Origin: a virus | Taxonomy: Duplodnaviria; Caudoviricetes | Length of the DNA: 40,705 nucleotides | Virus record (IMG/VR): IMGVR_UViG_3300037419_001217 | Span: 1 to 40,705 of that record | Strand: one strand, 5' to 3' | In this document: positions 25,555-35,278 of the stretch, one piece after another | Numbering within the stretch: position 1 is the first letter of the stretch | How the letters are laid out: each line of letters begins with the position of its first letter | Translations under genes and position numbers: made by a program | Notes under the pieces: model-generated | What the model was told of the DNA's origin: nothing | Databases searched by the model: none | What the model saw: the letters and a program-made list of their open reading frames with translations, nothing else

Positions 25555-27590
25555 CGGTCGATCGTCGCTTGCTGCGGCAGGATAGCCAGCAGGGTGCCGG
25601 GCAGCGGCTGGTCGAAGCGCCAGGCGATCAAATCCTCGGTCGAGTAGTCGCCCTCCCAGGTGTCGGTGTCGTCGCCGGAGAACAGCGGCACGGCGGCGCC
25701 AGCGCTGTCGGCGGTGGTGCGCGAGACGCGACGGGTGAGATGGCTGAAATCCGGGCCGACCTTTATGCCGAGCGCGTCCAGCAGCCGGAAGGCGACGCGA
25801 TGCTTGCGCTGGGTCTTGCCCTGAGCGGTGCCGTCGGCGGCGCCAGCGTCGTTGCGCAACGTCTGTCCATCCGAGTTGTAGCCATAGCCGATTACCGCGA
25901 CCGTGGTGCTGCGGTCGAGCGTGACGGCGCCCGACGACACCACCTTGGTCGGGTGGGTGGCGCCGTTGGCCAGGATCGTCACCGTCTCGCCCTCGAGGTG
26001 ATCGAGGCCGCTGATCGTGGTGGCGGCGCTGCCGCTGTAGGTCAGGCTGGCGTCGACGTAGACCGCCGTGTCCTGCGCGTCGCCGTGCTCCCAAATCTTG
26101 GCCATGTACTCGATGTGACGCACGACGGCGCCGTTCACATAGCGCTGCACCACCATCCACAACTCGTCGTAGGCGCCGTTCGGCTCGGGGATGCAGGCAA
26201 CGGATTCGACCTTGGCCTGGGTGCCGCTCGCGTCCGACACGCCGCCCAAGACATGACGGTGCCAGCCGATCACCTTCTGGTCCCGCTGGTAGGTGAAGCC
26301 GATCAAGGTTCCGTCGGCGCGCACGCACCACACGATCGTCTGCGGCTCCTGCTGATAGGCCATGTCGATGAGGCCGCCGGTCGTGATGTGCTCGGACAGC
26401 ACCGTAAGATCGGGGACCTGGTAGCGGTCCTCGGTGTAGACGAACACCAGCTCGCGCATCTTGCGGCCGGAACGCTGGATGAACAGCGACGTGGCGCCGG
26501 CGCGGATCGCGGAGACGGTGGCGCTGCCGCAGCGCGTCATCTCGACGGCGTTGATGTTGGTGGGCGTCAGCGCCTGGTTCAATGTCGATGGCGTTACCAG
26601 CCATTCGGCGGCTGCAGTGCCGATCAACAGGCCCTTGGCGTCGCCCACCATCCAGCGGATGACCTGCACATCCGACGAGTTGAGGGTGAACGACAAGGCG
26701 TTGCTGTCCGACACCGTGCCCGACGTGTCGTAGGCGGTCGGCTGGTGGTTGTAATAATCGCCGGTCGAAGAAAAGTAGACGCTCTGCGGCCGGTTGTCCG
26801 ACCCGGCCCAGCCGAGGCGGTCCTGGTAGAACGTCACCACCGCCGGATAGCTGGTGGTGTCGGACCAGACGCCGAGCCGCCAGTTGGCGGTGGCGGTCGT
26901 GGCGCCCATGGCCTGCTGAATATCGACCGTTACCGACGTTGCGGACGTGAAAGCCGTGATCTTGGCCCAACCCCACACGCCTCCGGTGGTCTTGGCGCGG
27001 ATGTGGCGGCCGACGTCGGTGGACGCGAACAGGTTGGCGCTCGCGGTGCAGGTGACGCCGGTGCCCGTCGCCGCGCCGAGCGTCAAGGTCGTGGCAGTGC
27101 CGTTGACCGGCAGGTAGGGGCCGTCAAGGAAGGTGAGCGTGCCGATCGACCAGCTCGTGCTCGAGGTGCGGGTGATCGACCGCGGGGCGTGGTTCTTGTG
27201 CGCGACGAACAGGGTGTCGACCGACTGCACGAAGCTCAGTTCGGACAGTTCGGCCTCGGTGTAGGGCGTGACAATCTCGACCGGGCTGCCGCCGCTCTGT
27301 ACTTGGCCGTGGTTGGCGTAGACCCGCATGTAGAGGTTGCCGAACTCGAGGATGTACGCCTGGGTGGTCGAGAACTCGAACCGCACCAGCCGCGTCGCCT
27401 TCGACGAGTCCTTGACCTCGGCAACGAACACGGTGCCGGGCCGGCGCGTGATGCCGCCCTGCACCAGCGGGATGTGGTTGATGCAGGTCTTGAGGCCGCC
27501 CTTGTAGCCCTCGAAATCGACGCGGCCGTACATCAGGGGCGACAGCTCGCCCTTGTTGAAGTTGTTCTGGATCGGCGCGACCTTGCCCAT
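25551..27590 (-). CDS. tail tubular protein B / nozzle
   Basis: NFNKGELSP...GRVD, QGGITRRPGT, YP..VTFYQDRL, GWHRH. Confidence 0.9.
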   Translation of the reverse strand: MGKVAPIQNNFNKGELSPLMYGRVDFEGYKGGLKTCINHIPLVQGGITRRPGTVFVAEVKDSSKATRLVRFEFSTTQAYILEFGNLYMRVYANHGQVQSGGSPVEIVTPYTEAELSELSFVQSVDTLFVAHKNHAPRSITRTSSTSWSIGTLTFLDGPYLPVNGTATTLTLGAATGTGVTCTASANLFASTDVGRHIRAKTTGGVWGWAKITAFTSATSVTVDIQQAMGATTATANWRLGVWSDTTSYPAVVTFYQDRLGWAGSDNRPQSVYFSSTGDYYNHQPTAYDTSGTVSDSNALSFTLNSSDVQVIRWMVGDAKGLLIGTAAAEWLVTPSTLNQALTPTNINAVEMTRCGSATVSAIRAGATSLFIQRSGRKMRELVFVYTEDRYQVPDLTVLSEHITTGGLIDMAYQQEPQTIVWCVRADGTLIGFTYQRDQKVIGWHRHVLGGVSDASGTQAKVESVACIPEPNGAYDELWMVVQRYVNGAVVRHIEYMAKIWEHGDAQDTAVYVDASLTYSGSAATTISGLDHLEGETVTILANGATHPTKVVSSGAVTLDRSTTVAVIGYGYNSDGQTLRNDAGAADGTAQGKTQRKHRVAFRLLDALGIKVGPDFSHLTRRVSRTTADSAGAAVPLFSGDDTDTWEGDYSTEDLIAWRFDQPLPGTLLAILPQQATIDR

Positions 27591-28186
27591 CAGGACGGCC
27601 GCCCATTGTTCCAGCCGTTGCCGGCGAGCCGCGCGGCCACCCACGAATCCTCGGGCGGCGTATCGGACAGCTTCTCGAAAGCGTTGGACTTCTTCGCGTC
27701 GGCGATGGCGAACTTGTATTCGCTCGCCACGTCCGCCTTTTTCTGGTTGGACTGCGTGATCTCCTCGCACATGTGCCATGCCATCTTGCAGGCCAGCGCC
27801 TCGACGAAGCACGGGTCGTACACCGTCGGGTCCTCGATGCGCGCCGTGTAGACGAGGTTGAGCGTGTCGCCGGCGTTGGTCAGGATCTTGTTGCTCTCGA
27901 ACTTCCAGTCGAGCGCGTAGGTGTTGGGCGGCAGGATGCGCAGGCAGTCCTGCGGGATGGAAAAGGCGTAGTCGAAGTCAAAGGCGGGCGCGGTGGCGTC
28001 GGGCGCCAGCACGATGCGCTTGGTGGCGAAGGTCCACGGGTGCGCGCGCAGCTCCTTGTCGCGTTCCAGCGTGTAGCAGGCGTTGCACGAGCGCGCGTTG
28101 CGGCTGTCGTCCGTCAGCGCGGTGATGCGCGCGGCCCCGAGCTTCTGAAGCGCCAGATTGCAGATGGAAACGTCGCTGGTCGCCAT
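27590..28186 (-). CDS. tail tubular protein A / adaptor
   Basis: ICNLAL..LG...I, HPWTFA, P.DCLR. Confidence 0.9.
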   Translation of the reverse strand: MATSDVSICNLALQKLGAARITALTDDSRNARSCNACYTLERDKELRAHPWTFATKRIVLAPDATAPAFDFDYAFSIPQDCLRILPPNTYALDWKFESNKILTNAGDTLNLVYTARIEDPTVYDPCFVEALACKMAWHMCEEITQSNQKKADVASEYKFAIADAKKSNAFEKLSDTPPEDSWVAARLAGNGWNNGRPS

Positions 28187-28201
28187 AGCTCAGTGACCCA
28201 T

Positions 28202-28235
28202 GAAAAAGTGCTGCACCCCGCGCGGTGTTCAGCGC
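28202..28235 (-). terminator. putative terminator after the capsid operon
   Basis: Imperfect GCTG..CACC/GGTGCAGC hairpin followed by TTTTT on the minus strand. Confidence 0.45.
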
Positions 28236-28588
28236 ATCCGCTTGCGCATGACGACTCGGCACGCCAACGCCGTGGTGCCGTCGCCGGCGGTGACTTCCGG
28301 CCGGACGAACAGCGGCTTCTCGGCCACCGCCGAAATGCCGGCCGCGGTCTTGGTGATGGCCGTGGCGCCCTGATCGGTGAGAACGAAATAATTGGTGCCG
28401 TCGTTGGAGCCCTTGAGGGAAATCGAGCCGCCGGTGCCGAACGTGCCGCTCATCGTCACGGTCATGTCATCGTAGTCGCCGACCGCCACCGGGCTGCCGG
28501 TGTCGCCGTTCGCCAACGCCGTCCAGGTGAAAAGGACGGCATTGGGCGAGGCGGCGGGAGACGAACGAACTGCGGTCTGTACGGCCAT
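28229..28588 (-). CDS. small virion beta-sandwich protein (putative)
   Basis: GTFG.GG.I.LKGSNDG..Y..L, P.FVRP; lies within the head module. Confidence 0.65.
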   Translation of the reverse strand: MAVQTAVRSSPAASPNAVLFTWTALANGDTGSPVAVGDYDDMTVTMSGTFGTGGSISLKGSNDGTNYFVLTDQGATAITKTAAGISAVAEKPLFVRPEVTAGDGTTALACRVVMRKRMR

Positions 28589-28602
28589 GGCCTACTGCCC
28601 TC

Positions 28603-28797
28603 TTACGCCGGCGCGTTGTCGGTCGTGATGTGGTTGGCGATCGCTTCGAGAGCCTTCAGCACCTCGACCTTGTTGGCGCCGGTCACGCCGTCCAAGATCA
28701 CGAGCTCCACGTTCTTCGACGTGGTGGACGTGGCCTTGGTCACGCTCCCCGACGCCTGAGCGCCGGGGATGGTGACGCCGTAATAGTGATTCGCCAT
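28603..28797 (-). CDS. hypothetical virion protein
   Basis: Codon bias, within the structural operon. Confidence 0.6.
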   Translation of the reverse strand: MANHYYGVTIPGAQASGSVTKATSTTSKNVELVILDGVTGANKVEVLKALEAIANHITTDNAPA

Positions 28798-28817
28798 GCG
28801 CGGCTACCCTTCCAGGC

Positions 28818-29333
28818 TCAGATGGTCCAGAGGACTTCGAGGCCGACCGAGAACGCCGCGGCGTTGGTCGCCGTGTTGGTCAGCGAGATGTCGAGCGTGC
28901 CGCCCGGGTCCGACGCCAGGCCCAGCGCCTGCCACAAGGGCTGCTCGCGCTTGGCGTTGGTGTAGGTCGTCGACTCGCCGGTGACGTCGAGGTCGACGTT
29001 GGCGCTGGTGCAGGCCACGGCCGTGGCGAAGAAGTCGGCGTCGGCCGCGGTCACACCGGTGCTCGACGCGCCGCTCGATGCGTTCTTGTAGACGCCGATG
29101 TCGAACGCCGAGGAGGCCGAGCCGGCCGGGTTGTTGAGCTTCACCGTGATGACGCGGCAGTTGGACGGCACCGACACCAGCGGGTAGACGGAACCGGTGG
29201 TGGCGCCGCTCGTGACGGTCGTGGAGCCGCGCGAGGCGCGCACGATGCCGTTGTCCAAGAAGGACGAGTTCGGCACCTTGGGCGTGGCGTCGCGGTTGCT
29301 GATCGGCGTGGAGGTGAGGACTTCGGTGGTCAT
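28818..29333 (-). CDS. putative capsid decoration/cement protein
   Basis: Immediately after the major capsid gene, Thr/Ser/Ala beta-rich, DADFFA. Confidence 0.65.
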   Translation of the reverse strand: MTTEVLTSTPISNRDATPKVPNSSFLDNGIVRASRGSTTVTSGATTGSVYPLVSVPSNCRVITVKLNNPAGSASSAFDIGVYKNASSGASSTGVTAADADFFATAVACTSANVDLDVTGESTTYTNAKREQPLWQALGLASDPGGTLDISLTNTATNAAAFSVGLEVLWTI

Positions 29334-29378
29334 CGCAATATCCTTTCAGGTCAGAGGATCAGAGGACTTGGCGCCGGA

Positions 29379-30281
29379 TTACCGGCACCAAATCTTGATG
29401 ACCTTCTTCTCCTCGAGCCGCGTCGCGCCGAGGGTCATCTTGGTGTAGACCTGCCAGGGCTCGCCCTGCAGATCGTTGCGCTGCGTGACGTTCGACTGCA
29501 CGTCGTTCCACAGCGCGAGGTGCATGCCGGACTTCGCCCACACCGGAATCTGCGTCGACGTGCCGGACTGATCGTCCGTGCCGGTCGTCGCCGACTCGTA
29601 GTGGATGAAGTTGATGCCGAGGAACGACTGGATCTTGCCGTCGACCAGCACCGGACGGGTGTTGTAGTCGAGGCTCGTGACCTGGATTTCGTTCAGGAGC
29701 GAGTCGTGCTCGTTGGACGTGATCGCGCAGTAGATCGGGTCGGTGTCGAGATCGACCTGCGCGGCCATCAGGAACTTCTTGGCCTTGCGCAGCTTGGCGA
29801 CGTTGAGGTTGGACGCCGTGCCGCCGACGTCGACCGACACCACGTTGGTGGTCGTGGAGGTCGGCAGGATCGTGCTGGTGCCGCCCTGCTCGCCGGTCTT
29901 GGCGGTGCTGAAGAAGGCCGAGTAGAGGATGGCGTCCTTCTTGCGGTTGGCGGCGGCGACGGCCGACTGAACCAGGGTGGACTTGGGGTCCACGATGAGG
30001 CGGAGCTGGTCGAACGAGTCGACGAGCTGCGGCAGCTCGAAGTCCGACGGGAACACCCAGCGGCGATCGGTGGCCGCATCGACGCGGCCCATCGGCGCGA
30101 AGCGGCTGGTCACGGGCAACATCTCGACCGCGCCGACCTGGTCGACGGGCGACGCCTGCTTGCCGATGTAGCTGCCGACAGTGACAGCGCCGGAGAAGCG
30201 GCTGTCCTTCTGCTGAAGCAGCATCTGGATGTTGGTGGAGAATTGCTCGACTTGGAAAGTGGGGATCACATTGGCGGTCAT
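29379..30281 (-). CDS. major capsid protein
   Basis: FVEQFS.N...LLQQKDSR, DRRWV, DP.S, A.NRKKD, GATRLEEKKV. Confidence 0.9.
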   Translation of the reverse strand: MTANVIPTFQVEQFSTNIQMLLQQKDSRFSGAVTVGSYIGKQASPVDQVGAVEMLPVTSRFAPMGRVDAATDRRWVFPSDFELPQLVDSFDQLRLIVDPKSTLVQSAVAAANRKKDAILYSAFFSTAKTGEQGGTSTILPTSTTTNVVSVDVGGTASNLNVAKLRKAKKFLMAAQVDLDTDPIYCAITSNEHDSLLNEIQVTSLDYNTRPVLVDGKIQSFLGINFIHYESATTGTDDQSGTSTQIPVWAKSGMHLALWNDVQSNVTQRNDLQGEPWQVYTKMTLGATRLEEKKVIKIWCR

Positions 30282-30401
30282 GGCGCCCTCTCGGAAAAAG
30301 CGGTTGGCTTTCTCGAAGGGCTTGTCCGCCGATGACGGGGCCTGCTTCTTCGCCGCTTACGAGCGGCGCACCCGGCAGTCTTCCCTGCTTCCGGCCGGCG
30401 C

Positions 30402-30554
30402 CTAGCTTTCGCTCGACGTTCCCGGCATTTCGGACAGCGATCCGCGCTTCACGTAATCGGCAAGCTGTTTTGCGCGCTCCAGGACCTGGGAGATTTCCCG
30501 GCCGTGGTGGTACGCCAGCTTGACGCACTCGAGACGCAGATCGTCGTCCTTCAT
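30402..30554 (-). CDS. 50-aa protein between scaffold and capsid genes (not in the ORF track), probably leaderless
   Basis: MKDDDLRLECVKLAYHHGREISQVLERAKQLADYVKRG...; ATG 6 nt after the -10 box. Confidence 0.6.
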   Translation of the reverse strand: MKDDDLRLECVKLAYHHGREISQVLERAKQLADYVKRGSLSEMPGTSSES

Positions 30555-30560
30555 GCCGGG

Positions 30561-30591
30561 ACCATAACAGGCTGTTGTCTGTTAGACAACA
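30561..30591 (-). promoter_or_regulatory. operator copy 7 (30573-30591) overlapping capsid promoter TTGTCT-N17-TATGGT
   Basis: TGTTGTCTGTTAGACAACA; -35 at 30589-30584, extended -10 at 30566-30561. Confidence 0.75.
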
Positions 30592-30597
30592 CCGATT

Positions 30598-31506
30598 TCA
30601 CGACGGGCTGGCGATGCGGTGGAGATCGGCGAACTCCTTGCGCGCCTTGACGTCGCCGTTCAGGTAGCGCTGGCCCCACTCCTTGTCGGCCTTGAGCTCG
30701 ACGATCTTGGCGCGCGCCTGGTCCGGCGTCATGCCCTGGAAGCCGTTGGTGCTGTCGGGCGTGACGAAGTTGCCCTCGGTGCCGAGCCGCGAGCCGAGGT
30801 TGTGGAGGAACTTCATCGCCTCGCCCGGCCCCATCGCCATCTTCAGCGCGTCGAGCTTAGCGGCGTCGATGCCGAAGGTGACGGCGGCGCGATCGACCAG
30901 CGCGGCGTGGGCGTCGAAGTTGGCGCCCCACTCGTTCTTGAGCGCCGCAATCTGCGCGGTGTGCGCGGCCTTGGTCGCCTCGGTCTGCTGCGTGGTCACG
31001 CCGGCGACGTGCTCGTTCCACTTGGCGACCAGCGCGGTCGCCTGCTTCGGATTCAGCCCTGCCTCGTGGAACCAGGTCGACGCGGTTTCGGCGAACTTGG
31101 TGTCCTGGCCCTGCGGCACCAGTTTGACGAGATCGTAGCCCTTGGCGTCCTTCGGCCGACCGAGCTTGTCGTAGACCGAACCCCACGCCGCGGCGTCGCT
31201 GTCGTCCTTCGGCAACTGCACCAGCCGCTCGGGCGCACCGTGCAGCTTCTCGAGGTTGGTGTAGGACGTCAGCAGATCGGCCGGGTTCTTCCAGCCCTTG
31301 TTCTGGACGTAACCCACCATAGTGTCGTCGCTGACACCGGCGGACTTCCAATCGAAGGCGGCGGGCGCAGCACCAGCGCCAGCAGCTCCCGCCCCGGCTG
31401 CCCCAGCACCGGCACCGGCACCGGCACCGGCACCAGCAGCGCCGGCTCCCGCGCCACCGTCATCGGGCGCGCGGCAGATGCGGTCGAGGATCGACTTGAT
31501 AGCCAT
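30598..31506 (-). CDS. capsid scaffolding protein
   Basis: SY.NLEK..G, YDKLGRP....GY, L..EWG..FD; Gly/Ala N-terminal tract; between portal and capsid genes. Confidence 0.85.
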   Translation of the reverse strand: MAIKSILDRICRAPDDGGAGAGAAGAGAGAGAGAGAAGAGAAGAGAAPAAFDWKSAGVSDDTMVGYVQNKGWKNPADLLTSYTNLEKLHGAPERLVQLPKDDSDAAAWGSVYDKLGRPKDAKGYDLVKLVPQGQDTKFAETASTWFHEAGLNPKQATALVAKWNEHVAGVTTQQTEATKAAHTAQIAALKNEWGANFDAHAALVDRAAVTFGIDAAKLDALKMAMGPGEAMKFLHNLGSRLGTEGNFVTPDSTNGFQGMTPDQARAKIVELKADKEWGQRYLNGDVKARKEFADLHRIASPS

Positions 31507-31508
31507 GG

Positions 31509-31790
31509 TCATTCACCTTTCGCTGTCGGGCCGCCATAGAGCGACCACAGGGTTTCCATATCGAGATTCAGATGCTGGGCGATGCGCAGGAACACCTCGC
31601 GCCGGCCATCGAGCCGGGCGCTGATGCGCGGATCGGCGTCCGCGGTGGACGTGTGCGCACGGCAAAAGCGCGCCAAATCCTCCAGCACCAACCGGCTGTC
31701 GCGCCCCTCCGGGTTGAACACCCGGCAGTAGGCGCCCTTGCGGCCCTGAAGGAAAATCTTGGTCCGTTGAACGAGATCAGGCAGGAGCAC
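31509..31790 (-). CDS. Bbp19-like conserved protein after the portal (start uncertain)
   Basis: Y.RVF......VLEDL.RFC, DGRREVFLRI. Confidence 0.7.
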   Translation of the reverse strand: MLLPDLVQRTKIFLQGRKGAYCRVFNPEGRDSRLVLEDLARFCRAHTSTADADPRISARLDGRREVFLRIAQHLNLDMETLWSLYGGPTAKGE

Positions 31791-33462
31791 CAGCCACCCC
31801 GCGCAGGTTGATGGACGGAAGCGCCTTAGCCACGCCGGCGAGCGACGGCGCCGCGTCCAGAAGGTTCTTCTGCTGCTGATCTTGGGCGCGCTGCTGACGG
31901 CGAGCGGCAACCGCCGTCGGGTCGCGCAGCCAGCGCTCAGGGATCGCGTTCATCTCAGCGAGCTCAGGCACCGCCGTGTCGAAGTCGAGGGTGTCGAGCG
32001 GCGATGGGTCTTGCGTCAACGCCACGATCTCCTGCAGGTAGCTCAGGAGCCGCAGGAAGCCGGCACCGCCCTCGGCGCGCTGCGCCCGGGACAGCGGGCT
32101 CTCGTAGACGACGTCGTAATTGAGGCCGCCAGCTTGACGCAGGATCGGCGGCATCGGCGGCAACAAGCCTTGCGCCGCCAGCACGTCGAGCTCGCGGTGG
32201 ATCATCGGGCCGAACGCCTCGGACTGCTGCCGGCCCATGGTGGGCGACAGCAGCGCGCCCTTCTCGCGCGCCCGCTCCAGAACCTCGGTCGCCGTCATCT
32301 GCGGCGTCTCGACCAGGATCTGGAACAGCGTCACCAGGAAGGCGTCGTTGATGACGTGGCGCTGCATCTCCATCATTTTGTCGGCGGGCGCGAGGTTGCC
32401 CGTCGGCAGCGCATGGACCAGCGCGCGACCCTCGGCGGTCACGCCACCGGGGTTGATCGCGCCCGGCGTGAGATTGAAGCCGTCGAGCACGCCGTCGTCA
32501 TGCGCCAACAGCACCGGATCGGCGGTGCGGTGGCCGACCTTGAGGATGGTCTTGGTTTCCTCGTTCAGCACCTTGATGGTGGGCAGCGCCAGCATCGCCG
32601 GCGAGCGGCCATAGGTTTCCCCGGGCGCCTGAACGTAGCGGCTGATCGCATACGGGAAGGTGGCGTAGCCGCGCTCCTTGCCGCCCGCCAGCACCCGCTG
32701 CTTGAACTTCTCGACGATGTAGTGGGAGACGAACGACATGCCGCGCACGTCGGCGCGCTTGGGATCGTATTCGTCCTCGTCGCGCGGCTGAACGCAATGG
32801 ATGATCCAGTACTTTTCCTCGGGCTTGTCTTTGGCCTTCTGCTCGATCTCGTCCGGCAAGCCTTCGGGAAACCACTGCTTGGCCTGGCGCGCGGTCAGCT
32901 CGAACTTGCGGAACGCGGTGTCGATGATGCCCTGGTGGTTCTCGAGGAAGTAGACCTCGCCGAGATGGATGGCACGGTAGCGCAAGCCGCCACCCCAGCG
33001 CGGCGCCAGCGCGTCGATGAACATGCAGCCCGTGCCGAAGGCACCGAGCCCCATGTAAATCTCATGCTGCTGGCTGGCGTAGTTGGCGTTGGGCGCATAG
33101 CGGTAGCGGAACAGCGCCGCATTGGCGTCGTCGAACCATTCGCGGACAATGCGGTTGCGCATCAGCATCTTGTCCGGCGACGTGAGCCGGTGCCAAGTCT
33201 GCGCCCGCGGCGTCAGCATCGACTCCATGGCGGCCGCGAACTTCGGCAGCGCCAGGGCGGCCGTCGCATCCACCATGTCGTCGGTGCGCTGCGTGCCCGG
33301 CGTCTGCATCGCCATGCCGGTGAACGAGCCCGAGTAGGACGGCAGCACGCGACGCGCCACCTCCTCCCAGGTCGATTCCCAGGTGCCGCGGTCGCCCTGC
33401 GCGCGCTCGAAGCGCTGCAGGATGTGCGCGACCATGTCATCGGTGCCGAAGCTGTCGGGCAT
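31777..33462 (-). CDS. portal (head-tail connector) protein
   Basis: W.EVA..VLP, FGTG, YGRSPA, MTATEV.ER..EK..LL.P. Confidence 0.95.
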   Translation of the reverse strand: MPDSFGTDDMVAHILQRFERAQGDRGTWESTWEEVARRVLPSYSGSFTGMAMQTPGTQRTDDMVDATAALALPKFAAAMESMLTPRAQTWHRLTSPDKMLMRNRIVREWFDDANAALFRYRYAPNANYASQQHEIYMGLGAFGTGCMFIDALAPRWGGGLRYRAIHLGEVYFLENHQGIIDTAFRKFELTARQAKQWFPEGLPDEIEQKAKDKPEEKYWIIHCVQPRDEDEYDPKRADVRGMSFVSHYIVEKFKQRVLAGGKERGYATFPYAISRYVQAPGETYGRSPAMLALPTIKVLNEETKTILKVGHRTADPVLLAHDDGVLDGFNLTPGAINPGGVTAEGRALVHALPTGNLAPADKMMEMQRHVINDAFLVTLFQILVETPQMTATEVLERAREKGALLSPTMGRQQSEAFGPMIHRELDVLAAQGLLPPMPPILRQAGGLNYDVVYESPLSRAQRAEGGAGFLRLLSYLQEIVALTQDPSPLDTLDFDTAVPELAEMNAIPERWLRDPTAVAARRQQRAQDQQQKNLLDAAPSLAGVAKALPSINLRGVAGAPA

Positions 33463-33463
33463 G

Positions 33464-33679
33464 CTACTGGCCCAGGAGGCGCTTGGTGGCGGTGGTGGGC
33501 GTCGAGGTGTCGCCGAGATCGCCGGTCAACTGCGTGGACGCGCGGCCGCCGATGGCCAAGCGCTTGGCTGCGGCCAACGCCTGCGCATCCTGCTGGGCAA
33601 GCGCGGCCGGATCCTGCCCCGGAGGCGGAGGCGGCGGCGCGGGATCGGGCGTGTCCGGCGAGAAAATGCTCATGCTCAC
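33464..33679 (-). CDS. small virion protein upstream of the portal
   Basis: Pro-rich N-terminus, GRAST.LTG, terminal LLG motif. Confidence 0.7.
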   Translation of the reverse strand: MSMSIFSPDTPDPAPPPPPPGQDPAALAQQDAQALAAAKRLAIGGRASTQLTGDLGDTSTPTTATKRLLGQ

Positions 33680-33691
33680 CCGTGGCGGGAG

Positions 33692-33710
33692 TGTTGTCTA
33701 TTTGACAACA
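33692..33710. promoter_or_regulatory. operator copy 8, between terL and the head genes
   Basis: TGTTGTCTATTTGACAACA. Confidence 0.75.
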
Positions 33711-33712
33711 TA

Positions 33713-35278
33713 CTAGCCAAAGAGCGGATAATCAACACCGGCTGCAATCCGGTTGCGGCGAGTGGCCCCGCGCGAGGTCATGCGATCGCGCCGGGCGACA
33801 GTGACGGCGAACGTCAACGCCAGCGCATCGCCATCGTCGGGGCTGCGGCCCAGGCGACTTTTGAAGCGCTCCTTCGGCTCAAGGATGATCGCGTCCTTGC
33901 CCTTGCCATGGAAGTCGTAGTCGGCCGCGGTAAGGTCGCCGAACAGGGTGCCGCCGGCGTCGATGCAGCCGCCGCGCAGCCATTCGCGCAGCCGCGCATA
34001 AAGCTCGGTGCGCTTGTTGGCCCACTGCGGGTCGTCCGCCTTCTGGCCGAAGCCGATGCCGTGGGTCTTGAAGTTCTTGCGCTTCAGGATGTCGATGACC
34101 CCGGCGCCCATGCCGAGGTCGATGCACACCGCGTCCGGGTTGTACTCGGTGATGAGGGCGGCGAGACGGTCGGCGGTGACGTAGAGATCGGGGATCTTCC
34201 AGCGGATGGGCGGGATCGAGCGGGCGTCCGGCCCCTGCCGGAACCGCACCACCGTCTCGTCGTCGCCCTCCCGAGCCACGTCGACGCCCATGATGAGCGG
34301 GGCGCCCGGGTCGGTGATGAGCTCGCGCTGCTCGGCGTCACGCACCAACTCGTTGCCGATGAACTGGTTCTTGCCCTGCTTGGGGAACTGGCCAAGGACC
34401 TCAATCCGCACCTCGTCGGAGTCGATGCCGCGGCGACGGATGCGCGACTCGTGCTCGGCCTGGTCGGTGTCCTCGACCGTGCGACTGTCGATCTGCCGCG
34501 TCACCCACGACAGCTTGCCGTTGGCGTCGCGCTCATGGAAGCAGTCGTAGAAAAATCCGCTGTTGCGCCGGGGGTTGGAGAACGCGAGCCACAGGCGGCA
34601 CGGGTTGCGCACGTCGACGAAGTAGCCGCCGGCGACGTTGGCGATGCTGGTCGGGATGCCGGAGGCTTCGTCGAACAGCAGCAGCATGCCGATCTCGGAG
34701 TGCGGGCCGGCGTAGGCGTCCGGATTCTCCTCGGCCCACAGCTTGGCCTGCACCGAGTAGTAGGCACAGGATTTCTTAAGCTGCTTCTCGACCGCCTTGG
34801 CGTACCAATCGGCCGGCACGATCGACAGCGCGTTGTACTCGAACCAATGGCTGTTGATGGCCAGGATGAACCATTTCTTGATTTCGGGGAACGTCGTCGA
34901 ATGAAGCTGCGGCTCGGTGTTGGCGCTCACCAGCGTGGTGGAACCCGGCCGCGTGGTGATGTGCCAGTGGGCGATCCACGCCACCAGCGCCGACTTGCCG
35001 ATGCCGCGACCCGACGCCACCGCCATGCGGAACACCTCGTAAGGGTCCGCCGGCGTGCCGCGGGCGCGCTGCCGCTTGATGTGGGCGCTGATCTGATCGA
35101 GGACGTCCTTCTGCCACTTGCGCGGCCCCTTGTGGTGCTCGAGCGGTGTCCCCTTCTCACCCCACGGGTAGGCGAACATCACGAAGGCGTAGAGGTCGTC
35201 GGTGCGCGCCGGCGCCCACAACTGCATCATTAGGTCCTGCTCGGACTTGGCATCGTGCGGTGCGGCGGCTTTGGCCAT
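33713..35278 (-). CDS. terL: terminase large subunit
   Basis: ASGRGIGKS, LLFDEASGI, SNP.R, GVDVAR.GDD, SPD.GDALALTFA. Confidence 0.95.
   Translation of the reverse strand: MAKAAAPHDAKSEQDLMMQLWAPARTDDLYAFVMFAYPWGEKGTPLEHHKGPRKWQKDVLDQISAHIKRQRARGTPADPYEVFRMAVASGRGIGKSALVAWIAHWHITTRPGSTTLVSANTEPQLHSTTFPEIKKWFILAINSHWFEYNALSIVPADWYAKAVEKQLKKSCAYYSVQAKLWAEENPDAYAGPHSEIGMLLLFDEASGIPTSIANVAGGYFVDVRNPCRLWLAFSNPRRNSGFFYDCFHERDANGKLSWVTRQIDSRTVEDTDQAEHESRIRRRGIDSDEVRIEVLGQFPKQGKNQFIGNELVRDAEQRELITDPGAPLIMGVDVAREGDDETVVRFRQGPDARSIPPIRWKIPDLYVTADRLAALITEYNPDAVCIDLGMGAGVIDILKRKNFKTHGIGFGQKADDPQWANKRTELYARLREWLRGGCIDAGGTLFGDLTAADYDFHGKGKDAIILEPKERFKSRLGRSPDDGDALALTFAVTVARRDRMTSRGATRRNRIAAGVDYPLFG

Noticed and set aside
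31365-31460. GCACCG-type hexamer tandem repeat
   Set aside because: Encodes the Gly-Ala low-complexity tract of the scaffold protein; its +1 ORF lacks an SD
19480-35233. Very long antisense ORFs (19480-22524, 25569-27851, 31882-33705, 33383-35233)
   Set aside because: Expected shadows of GC3-rich genes on the opposite strand; no motifs or RBS
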